Below, in pieces: positions 38,343-47,304 of a DNA stretch of 64,000 nucleotides. Under the pieces are notes generated by a model that searched no databases, was not told the origin of the DNA, and was given only the letters and a program-made list of their open reading frames with translations. Both the position numbers and the translations under genes were made by a program. Position 1 is the stretch's first letter; each line of letters opens with the position of its first letter. The DNA comes from Nitrosopumilus sp. Its GTDB lineage: Archaea > Thermoproteota > Nitrososphaeria > Nitrososphaerales > Nitrosopumilaceae. Location of the stretch: positions 384,001-448,000 of the forward strand of contig OZ244651.1 of NCBI GenBank assembly GCA_965218695.1, read 5' to 3'.

Positions 38343-39762
38343 ATGTACCGCGGATTGAATTATTTGGCTGTGTTTTTGATTATAGTAGCAGCATCACTTG
38401 CAGCGTCGCAGTCATACGCTGCATTTGATTCCCCCCTAAAACAGATGCAGGCAGGCGGTACCATCAGATGAGATACGGTGCAACGACGTCCGGGTTCTGG
38501 TAATACTCCAAAGCGGCAATCCCGCATGCATATTCGAGTCGACTGCACAGAGACTGGGATTGGATCCAATAGAACCCAACACCGATAACTTCCTTGCCAA
38601 TGTCACTGTCATACATGCAACTGATGCAGACCCGATAATCCCGCCTGGGATTGCAACTGCGAACAACAATTTTGCAGTGGATTTTTACAATCAACTCTCG
38701 GATGGTGACGGGAACATATTCTTCTCACCTGTCAGCATGTATGTGGCATTTTCAATGCTGTACGAGGGTGCCCAAGATAACACCGCAGAGGAGATGCAGC
38801 AGACCTTTGGCTTTGAGCCTGACCATACCCCACGTCACAACTCCACTGCCCAACTCATCTCCTCAATAAACCGCGACGACCCCGATGCCGCACTCGAGAT
38901 GGCAAACTCGTTGTGGCTTGCCGACTGGTTTGTTCCCTACTGGGTATACACTGATGTTATACGCAACACGTATCTTGCAGAAATGGAGACTGTTGACTTT
39001 TTAGATGCTAGTGATGCAGGCGGGGTGCCGCGAATAAACGCATGGGCCAATGAAAAGACACACGGCAAGATATCCAAGGTTCTGGATTTTAAGGATGTAA
39101 ACGAGCTCACCTCGACTGCACTTCTAAACACCATATACTTCAAGGGTACCTGGAGGACCCAGTTCTTTGAAGGAAGCACACATGAATCGGACTTTTGGAC
39201 GACTCCCACACAGAGCGTCAAGGCGGATTTCATGCACATACAAGAAAACTTTGAGACAACACAATTAGACGATCTCCAAATCCTGAAACTTCCATATCTG
39301 GGCGACAGGCTGTCTATGTTGATAATGCTGCCATCTGACAGGGATGGCATACAAAAGATGGAAGAGGCACTCTCATATGAACAGGTAGGGCAATGGAAAC
39401 AGAATCTGAGGTTTGAGAAGGGCGAAATATTAATACCAAAATTTGAAATTGGCACACACTATGACCTCATACCGCATCTGAGGAACCTCGGTATGGTGGA
39501 CGCCTTTGATGTGGATGATGCGGATTTCTCAGGAATACAGAACTCATCTTCTTGGAACCTGTTTGTGGCAATAGCACTTCAGGATGCATATGTGAATGTA
39601 AATGAGAGCGGGACAGAGGCAGCTGCTGTAACTACCTTGTCTACTGTTGAGACGAGTGGGCCGACATTTGACTTTGTTGCAGATCACCCATTCCTGTTTG
39701 TAATACAGGATGACAAGAGCGGGATGATTCTATTCATTGGAAGGGTCTCTGATCCATCATAA
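38343..39762 (+). pseudogene. Secreted serpin with N-terminal SPLKQ module; +1 frameshift at about 38457 separates the signal peptide from the serpin domain
   Basis: NIFFSPVS, NTIYFKGTW, VNESGTEAAA hinge, FVADHPFLF. Upstream frame MYRGLNYLAVFLIIVAASLAASQSYAAFDSPLKQMQAG joins VPSDEIRC if one G is removed. Confidence 0.85.
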
Positions 39763-39922
39763 GGCCACGTAGAAGCCATGCACGGTTCAAGCCGATTCTG
39801 GCATGTCGCGTGTGTTTGTCATTAAGATGCATAGTACGCCAGAGGTGACTGCCATACGGGAGATGCCATTCCGCCAGAATCTTTCTGGTACCTGGTACCA
39901 ATGATCTTTAATCGTATCTGTG

Positions 39923-41545
39923 TAGTTTTTTGATCAAATGTTGAACTCCATATCTACAATCAGAAAATCCGCGTCTGTCTAATTTTTTAAAACTATTTTT
40001 GATCACTTGATCGAGTTTTTCTCTCCGTCCTAATTTTTAGATCATTGTTGCCCACGGTTTGCATATGTCTGATGATAATTCCGAGTCAAAGATTGCAGAA
40101 CTGGAGGAAAAAGTGGGTGTGATGGCAGAGCAGATGGCCGAAAAAGACCGGCAGATGGCCGAAAAAGACCGGCAGATGGCCAAACTCGCTGATCTTTACG
40201 CTGCCGCCCTCAAACAGATCCAGGATCTCACGGCAGAGTTGCAGGAGGCAAAGGGCATCATATCGGCTGCCGTTGCAAGGAGCATCGGCGCAAAACCGGA
40301 CAAAAAGACCGGCAGTACCCGGCGCCGCGCAAAGGGCAAGGGCAAGGCCAAGGGCAAGCCAAGTGACCACAAACGCACGGGCCTTGCGCGTCCTGAAAGA
40401 ATAGACGCAGAGGAGACGGCAGATCCCCACACGTGCGACAACTGCGGCAGCTCCGACCTCTCCGAGTGCGTATCCACGTACACAAAGGTGGTAAGGGAGG
40501 CTGCCAAGACGGAACTAAAGCACATCAAGGTGACAGTAAAGAGAAGGCGTTGCAGGAACTGCAAGAGGACCGTGTCCGGCAGGACCCCGCTGGCACTGCC
40601 AAACTCCAGGTACGGGATCAACTTTATGATAATGATGGTCATCCTCAGGCTGCACGGCATGTCAGACCTCAGAATATGCAATATTGTCATGATGATGTAC
40701 TCGGCAAGAATCACGGAATCTGCGATAAACCGCATGGTGTGCAGGATGGCCCGGGAGCTCGGGCCGCTGTACGAGAAGATCAAGGAGGAGGTAAGAAACT
40801 CGCCTGCGATAAACGGGGACGAGACAATCTGGCGCGTCGACGGCACGAACTACTGGCTGTGGGTGGCTGTAGCCAGGTACGCCGTAATCTACGAGGTGCA
40901 CCGCCACAGGAACTCGAAGGTTCCAAAAAAGATGCTCGGCAAGGACTACCCGGGATGCGTCACGTCTGACTCGTGGGCCGCGTGGAACGTCATCGGATCC
41001 GAACACCAAAAGTGCCACCTTCATTACGCCCGGGACATCAAGGACACCCTGAAATACAAGAATCCCGGCTACGACTACAAGCGTCACGCAAGGACGCTGC
41101 GCGCGATACTGTGGGACTCGCACATCGACGGCGCCGTTCCGGGAGGGGCAGACGCGCTTGCCGCAAAGAAGAGGCTGGATCGTCGTATTGCGTCACTTAT
41201 CGGCAGGCTCGAAAAGGACCGCGACTGCAAGCACTGCAACAGGATGCGCAAGAGGCTGGTGCGGGAAAAAGGCCACCTGTTTGCGTTTCTGGAGACAGAC
41301 GGCGTCGAATACCACAACAACCGGGCAGAGCGGGCCATCAGGCCGTGCGTCATCCTGCGCAAGAACAGCAACGGGAGCAGGTCAAAGAAGGGTGCAGATG
41401 CCATTGCCACGCTGATGAGCATCAAGCAGACATGCAAGGCAAGGGGAGATGATCTTGGCACGATCCTGCGCGAGGGCCTGGCTCCACGTCAAAAAACTGC
41501 ATAGACGCGCGTAGGCATGGAGTTCAACATTTGATCAAAAAACTA
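39923..41545 (+). mobile_element. IS66-family (single-ORF, ISBst12-like) element
   Basis: Perfect 29-bp TIR TAGTTTTTTGATCAAATGTTGAACTCCAT; flanked by TG on both sides, no 8-bp TSD. Confidence 0.9.
40059..41504 (+). CDS. IS66-family transposase
   Basis: Coiled coil, CxxC...CxxC Zn finger, GDETIW, SDSWAAW, QKCHLHYAR, NNRAERAIRP. Confidence 0.93.
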   Translation: MHMSDDNSESKIAELEEKVGVMAEQMAEKDRQMAEKDRQMAKLADLYAAALKQIQDLTAELQEAKGIISAAVARSIGAKPDKKTGSTRRRAKGKGKAKGKPSDHKRTGLARPERIDAEETADPHTCDNCGSSDLSECVSTYTKVVREAAKTELKHIKVTVKRRRCRNCKRTVSGRTPLALPNSRYGINFMIMMVILRLHGMSDLRICNIVMMMYSARITESAINRMVCRMARELGPLYEKIKEEVRNSPAINGDETIWRVDGTNYWLWVAVARYAVIYEVHRHRNSKVPKKMLGKDYPGCVTSDSWAAWNVIGSEHQKCHLHYARDIKDTLKYKNPGYDYKRHARTLRAILWDSHIDGAVPGGADALAAKKRLDRRIASLIGRLEKDRDCKHCNRMRKRLVREKGHLFAFLETDGVEYHNNRAERAIRPCVILRKNSNGSRSKKGADAIATLMSIKQTCKARGDDLGTILREGLAPRQKTA

Positions 41546-41643
41546 TGCAGTTACCTTTAATCTTATTGACACTTTTGTGCCGAAGGTGCGGACAACACCT
41601 GTGTTTTGGGAAACTATTAATTAATCGCAGCCAAATGCTTTTC

Positions 41644-42462
41644 ATGCAAAAGGCCACCATAGCCGAACAATCAACCAAAATATTTGCCGACGTCCGCGAA
41701 GTCGAGATTACCCGCGCGATTGCAAACGAGTTTCACAGCGTTCTTGTCGACAGGGCCGATTCTGACGTAATCATTATTGGTGCGGGGCCGGCAGGCCTGA
41801 CTGCAAGCAGGGATCTCTCAAACATCGGATTCAAGGTGCTGGTAATCGAGCAGAACAACTATCTCGGGGGCGGCTACTGGCTTGGGGGCTACATGATGAA
41901 CCCTGTGACCGTCAGGGAACCCGCACAGAAGATCTGGGACGAGCTGGGGGTGCCATACAAGAAGGTCTCAGAGGGACTCTACATAACCCCCGGACCGCAC
42001 GCAGTCTCAAAACTGATAGCAGGAGCCTGTGATGCAGGCGTCAAGTTTCTCAATCTTACAAAGTTTGACGACCTCGTAATGAAGAACAGCCGCGTTGCCG
42101 GAGTCGTCGTAAACTGGATGCCCGTCTCCGCGCTGCCGCGAAACATCACCTGCGTTGATCCGATAGCCCTTGAGGCAAAGATGGTCATCGACGCCTCCGG
42201 ACACGACTCCGTGGCCGTAAAGAGGCTCGTAGACAGGGGGCTGGCAAACTGGAAGGGGATGAATCCAATGTACGTCAACGAGGGCGAAGAGCACGTAGTC
42301 CACAAGACCGGCGAGGTATACCCCGGACTGGTGGCAGCCGGCATGTCAGTTACAGAGACCCACGGACTCTCAAGGATGGGCCCGACGTTCGGTTCCATGC
42401 TGTTCTCGGGAAAGCGGGCAGCCGAGATTACGGCAGAAAAGATCCGGGAACTGGAAAGATAG
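41644..42462 (+). CDS. thi4: Thiazole synthase THI4
   Basis: IGAGPAGL, GGGYWLGG, TCVDP, IDASGHD, RMGPTFGSMLFSG. Confidence 0.95.
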   Translation: MQKATIAEQSTKIFADVREVEITRAIANEFHSVLVDRADSDVIIIGAGPAGLTASRDLSNIGFKVLVIEQNNYLGGGYWLGGYMMNPVTVREPAQKIWDELGVPYKKVSEGLYITPGPHAVSKLIAGACDAGVKFLNLTKFDDLVMKNSRVAGVVVNWMPVSALPRNITCVDPIALEAKMVIDASGHDSVAVKRLVDRGLANWKGMNPMYVNEGEEHVVHKTGEVYPGLVAAGMSVTETHGLSRMGPTFGSMLFSGKRAAEITAEKIRELER

Positions 42463-42468
42463 CACCCG

Positions 42469-43194
42469 TTGAAGATCTCCAAGATCATCCTCTGTAAAGA
42501 ACACGCATCCCTGGCAATCGATACCGACCCGCTGAAGCAATTTCTTTCAGAGACCTTCGGGGTTGCCGTGGAGGCAGGCGAGGATCTGTCCGGGGATATA
42601 TCCGGGGACGTGGCGCGGACTAGGGTTCTTGATCTGAAGAGGCCGTTTCAGAAGCACCCTGCCGGGGCAGGCATGACTCCATCTGATGCGGAGTTTAGGG
42701 CGTACGACGGATTTGAGCTTCAAAGGGTTCTGCGGGAGGAGTGCATCAGGGACCACACGGCAGACACGCTTTACATAGTAATTACGGACAGGCTGACCTG
42801 CACGTTTGATGAAGGCGACTTTAGGTATCATGCAAGGGCAATAGTCTGCGCCAATCCCGCAATAGTCTCCACCACCGGCATGGTGGAGGCACCGGCAAAG
42901 CCAAGGCAGTACTATCTGGATGTGCTATCCAGCCCCTCAAAGGATGACGCAGACGGCATCCGTCAAAGGTATAGGGGCCGGTTTCTGGAGCACTGCGACC
43001 CCCGCATACCGGAGGTCATGAAGGGGTACCTCCTCCAGGCTGTAATGTACTATGAGACCGGGGATGCGTTTTGCAGTGATGCCCAATGCAGGCTATACAA
43101 CTCGCACTGGCAGGAGGATCTGCTGCGCCTGCAGCTGAAGACCAGAACGCTCTGCCCAAGGCACCAACGGATTATCCGGCAACTGCGCTGCTGA
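42469..43194 (+). CDS. Conserved archaeal putative metallopeptidase-like protein (DUF6775-like)
   Basis: CTFDEGDFRYHAR, VEAPAKP, FC...CRLYNSHWQ. Confidence 0.7.
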   Translation: MKISKIILCKEHASLAIDTDPLKQFLSETFGVAVEAGEDLSGDISGDVARTRVLDLKRPFQKHPAGAGMTPSDAEFRAYDGFELQRVLREECIRDHTADTLYIVITDRLTCTFDEGDFRYHARAIVCANPAIVSTTGMVEAPAKPRQYYLDVLSSPSKDDADGIRQRYRGRFLEHCDPRIPEVMKGYLLQAVMYYETGDAFCSDAQCRLYNSHWQEDLLRLQLKTRTLCPRHQRIIRQLRC

Positions 43195-44699
43195 CAGCAT
43201 CTGCGGCAGGATCCTGGATGGGGGCGAGGTCATACTCGAATACGTGGACTGGGGGCCTACTGCAGCCGACTATGTGGGCCAGAGGAGCGAGGCGGCAAGC
43301 ACCACCGTGCAGGTAAATGCCAATCAACCGCCACCACCACCACCGGACGCGCAGAATGTGGGCCTCGTGACTCTGACCAGTACGACTATTGGAACCATAC
43401 ATGCCTCTTGGGAAGCACCCGCAGAGGAGCCTGCCACCTATGAGGTGTCATGGCAAAGGACAGAGGGGACATACCCTGCAATGAGCACATTCTCCACCCT
43501 GCTGTCTTACAGCCTCTCCGGGCTGGAGATCGACACCGAATACGGGGTAATGGTGCGCGCCCAATACGACGACACGGTAGGAGAATGGAGCGACGAGTCT
43601 TTCGTGACGGTTTCAAGTTCCTTCACAACCGTGCCAGAAGTGAATCTGGACAGGCGCACATATTCTTGGACCGACAGGGTCTACATAACTGTCATATCGC
43701 CTGACAACAACTTTGATGACACGCAGATAGACGAGATAGGCGACACCGATGACTATCAGATAAGTGTCGCCACTAGGAACTACGAGATAGAGCAGTACAA
43801 TCTGGTCGAGACCGATACGTCCACCGGCATATTCACAGGCGAGATCACCCTGACCGGTTTTGACCACGACCTCGACGGCGACGGAATTTTTGACACCACC
43901 AGCCGTGGAAAGTCCGGCAGCGGACCCACTGATGGCCTCTTGGAGTCGTTTGATGATGACGGGATCGCAGTCACTTTTTGGTATCCTGATGACGGGGTCG
44001 TGATTAGCTCGTCGACGATCCGCTGGAATATAGGCGAGATCCAATGGCTCGAGGCAAGTCATCCTGGCACCGGCACCGGCGTTATCCGTGTCATCGACCA
44101 AGACATGAACCTCGATCCGGATGCCGCAGACGATTTTGAGGTCAGCGTGTGGTCAGACACCCACACCGGCGGAATCGACCTGACAGTCACAGAGACCGAC
44201 CTGACAACCGGAATCTTCGAGGGCACCGTCTCATTCTCACTTGACGATGAAACAGGCAGGAGTAACCTCGCCGTATCTGGGGGTGATACTGTCACCGCAG
44301 AATACACCGACTACACGCTGCCCAGCCCATACTACAGGACTGAATCCCTGAATCTGTCTGCCACCGCGCTCATAGACATGTCCGTTCCGCCTCCAGATGT
44401 ACCGGTGCCAGAACCGGTGCCAGAGCCAGAACCAGAACCGGTGCCAGAGCCAGAACCAGAACCGGTGCCAGAGCCGAACCGGTGCCAGAGCCGGAACCTA
44501 GACTAGACCCAGAGCCGGAACCTAGACTAGACCCAGAACCTGGACTAGACCCTGAGCCGATATCAAAACCCACATGTGGAGCCGGAACTGAACGAGTCAA
44601 TGGAATTTGTCAGGTCATACAGTCGGATGGACGATCAGAAGATCAGCAGGAAGATTTTAACTTCATAACGTGGCTGTTTTCTCTGTTTGGTTGGTCATG
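43193..44699 (+). pseudogene. 5'-truncated S-layer-protein paralog with inserted Fn3 domain, Pro/Glu linker and frameshift at about 44476
   Basis: LEYVDWGP..ADYVG, LDRRTYSWTDRVYITV, GSGPTDGLL, IRWNIGEIQWLEAS, DTVTAEYTD resemble the Nitrosopumilus SLP as I recall it. No start or signal peptide. The C-terminal anchor lies in another frame. Confidence 0.75.
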
Positions 44700-44860
44700 A
44701 CAGCCTCGGAACACATTCATTGATCACGGTCATTCTTGTACGGTAATTCCTGATCTGGTGCCTGTCTCATTATGTCCATCCTGTCCGACAGTCCTAATTG
44801 ATCTGTTTCGGTTGATCCATTTTCTGCTTTTTGAACACATCTGCAAAGACCGTCTGCCTA

Positions 44861-46216
44861 AACTTTGTTTCCTAATTACTCTCGACACAGATACCAGTCT
44901 GTGCAATTCTGTCTATGTCATCGTCTTGCCCCCTCATCCCTTGCAGTTTTTGGACCGGGCTTGTAGACTTGCACGATCCTTGGCGTGCCGTACCCGCCGT
45001 CGATTGCAGTATCGATCATCTGGTTGTACAGCTGCGCTTTTCCGTATATCTCGGCCTTGACGTTCTCCCACTTGCGCGCGCTTATGCACTCGCCCAACAC
45101 CCGCTTGAACGTGGAAAATACAATCTCGACTGACCACCGGTCGTTGTACCCGGACTCCCTGCGCCACGCCTTCTGGAATTCCCTCTTTTGTTCGCGCGTG
45201 AGGTCTGCAAACTTGCGTTCTGCCGTCTTGTCCATGCAGTCCATGCCACCCAGCTGCCTGAATCCTGCCTCCTTGCGGGGCATGCACCCGTTCGCCTTTC
45301 CGGCAAAGTCGATGCGGACGGGAATCAGCGGCTCGATTCCCTGTTCGTCGCAGTACCTGCGGATCTTCTTGGTGTCGTACGCGCCGTCGGCTGCCGTCTT
45401 GGTGCTTGCAGAAGTCTCTACGTTTGGGGATTTTTTTGCATTTGCAAGGGCCTGCCCCACCAGTTCCTCAAACTGCGGAGAGTCCCCGCACTTGTCGTCG
45501 GTTATGGCCACGGCGTAGATCTTTTTGGTTTTGGCATCCACCCCGACGTGCAGCTTTATGAAGCCCCGCCTGGTCCCCCACTTTTTTGTCATCCAGTCGC
45601 CGCGGTTTGTGGGCTTGAGTCCAGTGGAGTCGAAGGCAAACAGCTTGATCTCTGCTCTGGTGTTGCCGTCTGAGAACCACGCAGAAGCCGTGCCGCTGCC
45701 ATCATCATTATCTGCAACAGTGCAGCCCAACCTGGTCATCCTCTTCTGGAACACCGAATACGTGGGCGCGTCTTCCCTGCCGACTATCGTCTCTGCCACG
45801 CCCTGGAGCTGCCTGTACCTTATGCCGGTGGCGTTTCTGAACAGGGATGCTGCTGCAAAGCACGCGTTTGAAAATACGTACGGGCGGCCGACCTTCCCGC
45901 AGTTTAGCTTCTCGACTCCCTGAGTCAGGATCTCCGGGCTTATCTGGAGCGTCCACAGCTGGCCGCGGTCTATGTACCTGCGGTCATCGTATTGGAACCG
46001 GCGTTCTTTGGATTTGAAAGATTTTTTAGCCTCATGCGTGCCCGTTTTGTCTGGAGAGGATGTGTTTTCAGTCATGGCTGTAACCTGACTGTCTGCACAC
46101 CTCTCTGATCAATGCAGTTTTCTATTGAAAATGTTTGATATTATGTTCAAATTCAGCTGATCTGGCCTAATTCTGGACATGTTGGGCGTGGTTGGGGATA
46201 ATTAGGAAACAAAGTT
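44861..46216 (-). mobile_element. IS5-family (ISH1-like) element copy 2, 1356 bp
   Basis: Same TIR as copy 1; 8-bp TSD TCTGCCTA (44853-44860, 46217-46224). Confidence 0.93.
44918..46075 (-). CDS. IS5-family transposase
   Basis: Near-identical to 31658-32815. Confidence 0.95.
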   Translation of the reverse strand: MTENTSSPDKTGTHEAKKSFKSKERRFQYDDRRYIDRGQLWTLQISPEILTQGVEKLNCGKVGRPYVFSNACFAAASLFRNATGIRYRQLQGVAETIVGREDAPTYSVFQKRMTRLGCTVADNDDGSGTASAWFSDGNTRAEIKLFAFDSTGLKPTNRGDWMTKKWGTRRGFIKLHVGVDAKTKKIYAVAITDDKCGDSPQFEELVGQALANAKKSPNVETSASTKTAADGAYDTKKIRRYCDEQGIEPLIPVRIDFAGKANGCMPRKEAGFRQLGGMDCMDKTAERKFADLTREQKREFQKAWRRESGYNDRWSVEIVFSTFKRVLGECISARKWENVKAEIYGKAQLYNQMIDTAIDGGYGTPRIVQVYKPGPKTARDEGARR

Positions 46217-46260
46217 TCTGCCTATAATGACTTAAATTATTGGGACAATGAGCCACTCTC

Positions 46261-47265
46261 ATGATGGCCGCAGATACAAGCGCTACCCTTCTGGAGGGCA
46301 GGGACGACGGTCCCAAAATGCCGGACAAGAAGAAGACAAAGTTTGACGTGATTGTAATAGGCGCAGGCCCGGCAGGATACACTGCGGGAATCTACTGCTC
46401 GAGGGCAGGGCATGACACGCTTATTCTGTCCGGAATTCTTCCAGGCGGGCAGCTGGTCAACACCACCGACGTGGAGAACTATCCGGGATTTGAAAAGGGC
46501 ATAATGGGCCCTGATCTCATGATCGAGATGAGAAAGCAGTGCCAGCGAATGGGAACCACCATCGTAGACGACCAGGTGACAGATGTTGATTTCAGGCACA
46601 AGCCACTCAAGGCTCTGACTGCCTCCGAAGAGTACGAGGGGCGGGCAGTCATAATCGCAACGGGTGCAAACCCACGAAAGCTCGGACTGGACGGCGAGAC
46701 GACATTTGCCGGAAAGGGGGTATCATACTGTGCCACATGCGACGGACCGTTCTTTAAAAACCAGGACATCATCGTGGCAGGCGGCGGGGATTCTGCAATA
46801 GAGGAGGCCACGTTTCTGACCAAGTTTGCCACCACCGTCCACCTGGTACACCGAAGGGACGTGCTGCGCGCAAGCAAGGTAATGCAGCAGAGGGCCTTTG
46901 ACAACAAAAAGATAAGATTCCATTGGAACTCGTCAGTAGCCGACGTCATCGGCGATCAGAGGGTACGGCAGGTGGTCCTGAGGGACACAAAGACCGGCCA
47001 GGAGAGCACGCTTGATGCAGGAGCCCTCTTTGTTGCCATAGGACACGAACCCAACACCAGCATGTTCAAGAGCCAGATTGATCTGGACGAGAACGGGTAC
47101 ATCTTACTTGGAAAGGGAACCCACACGAACATGGACGGCGTGTTTGCAGCAGGCGACGTGCACGACAGGCGATACAGGCAGGCAATAACTGCGGCAGGTT
47201 TTGGGTGCATGGCTGCCATCGACGTCGACAAATATTTTGAAGAGTCAGACGCCTCCAAGCAGTAG
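46261..47265 (+). CDS. trxB: Thioredoxin reductase
   Basis: IGAGPAG, VENYPGF, YCATCDG, GGGDSAIEEA, AAGDV. Confidence 0.97.
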   Translation: MMAADTSATLLEGRDDGPKMPDKKKTKFDVIVIGAGPAGYTAGIYCSRAGHDTLILSGILPGGQLVNTTDVENYPGFEKGIMGPDLMIEMRKQCQRMGTTIVDDQVTDVDFRHKPLKALTASEEYEGRAVIIATGANPRKLGLDGETTFAGKGVSYCATCDGPFFKNQDIIVAGGGDSAIEEATFLTKFATTVHLVHRRDVLRASKVMQQRAFDNKKIRFHWNSSVADVIGDQRVRQVVLRDTKTGQESTLDAGALFVAIGHEPNTSMFKSQIDLDENGYILLGKGTHTNMDGVFAAGDVHDRRYRQAITAAGFGCMAAIDVDKYFEESDASKQ

Positions 47266-47304
47266 TAATTGCCGCACAATATCAAAAATTTATAACCGTA
47301 GTGA

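Noticed and set aside
41545-41643. N-terminal extension of THI4 in the ORF track
   Set aside because: That ATG is created at the IS66 junction, and a TATA-like TATTAATTAA lies inside the extension.
31601-46216. Composite transposon bounded by two IS5 copies
   Set aside because: Each copy has its own distinct TSD, so they are independent insertions.
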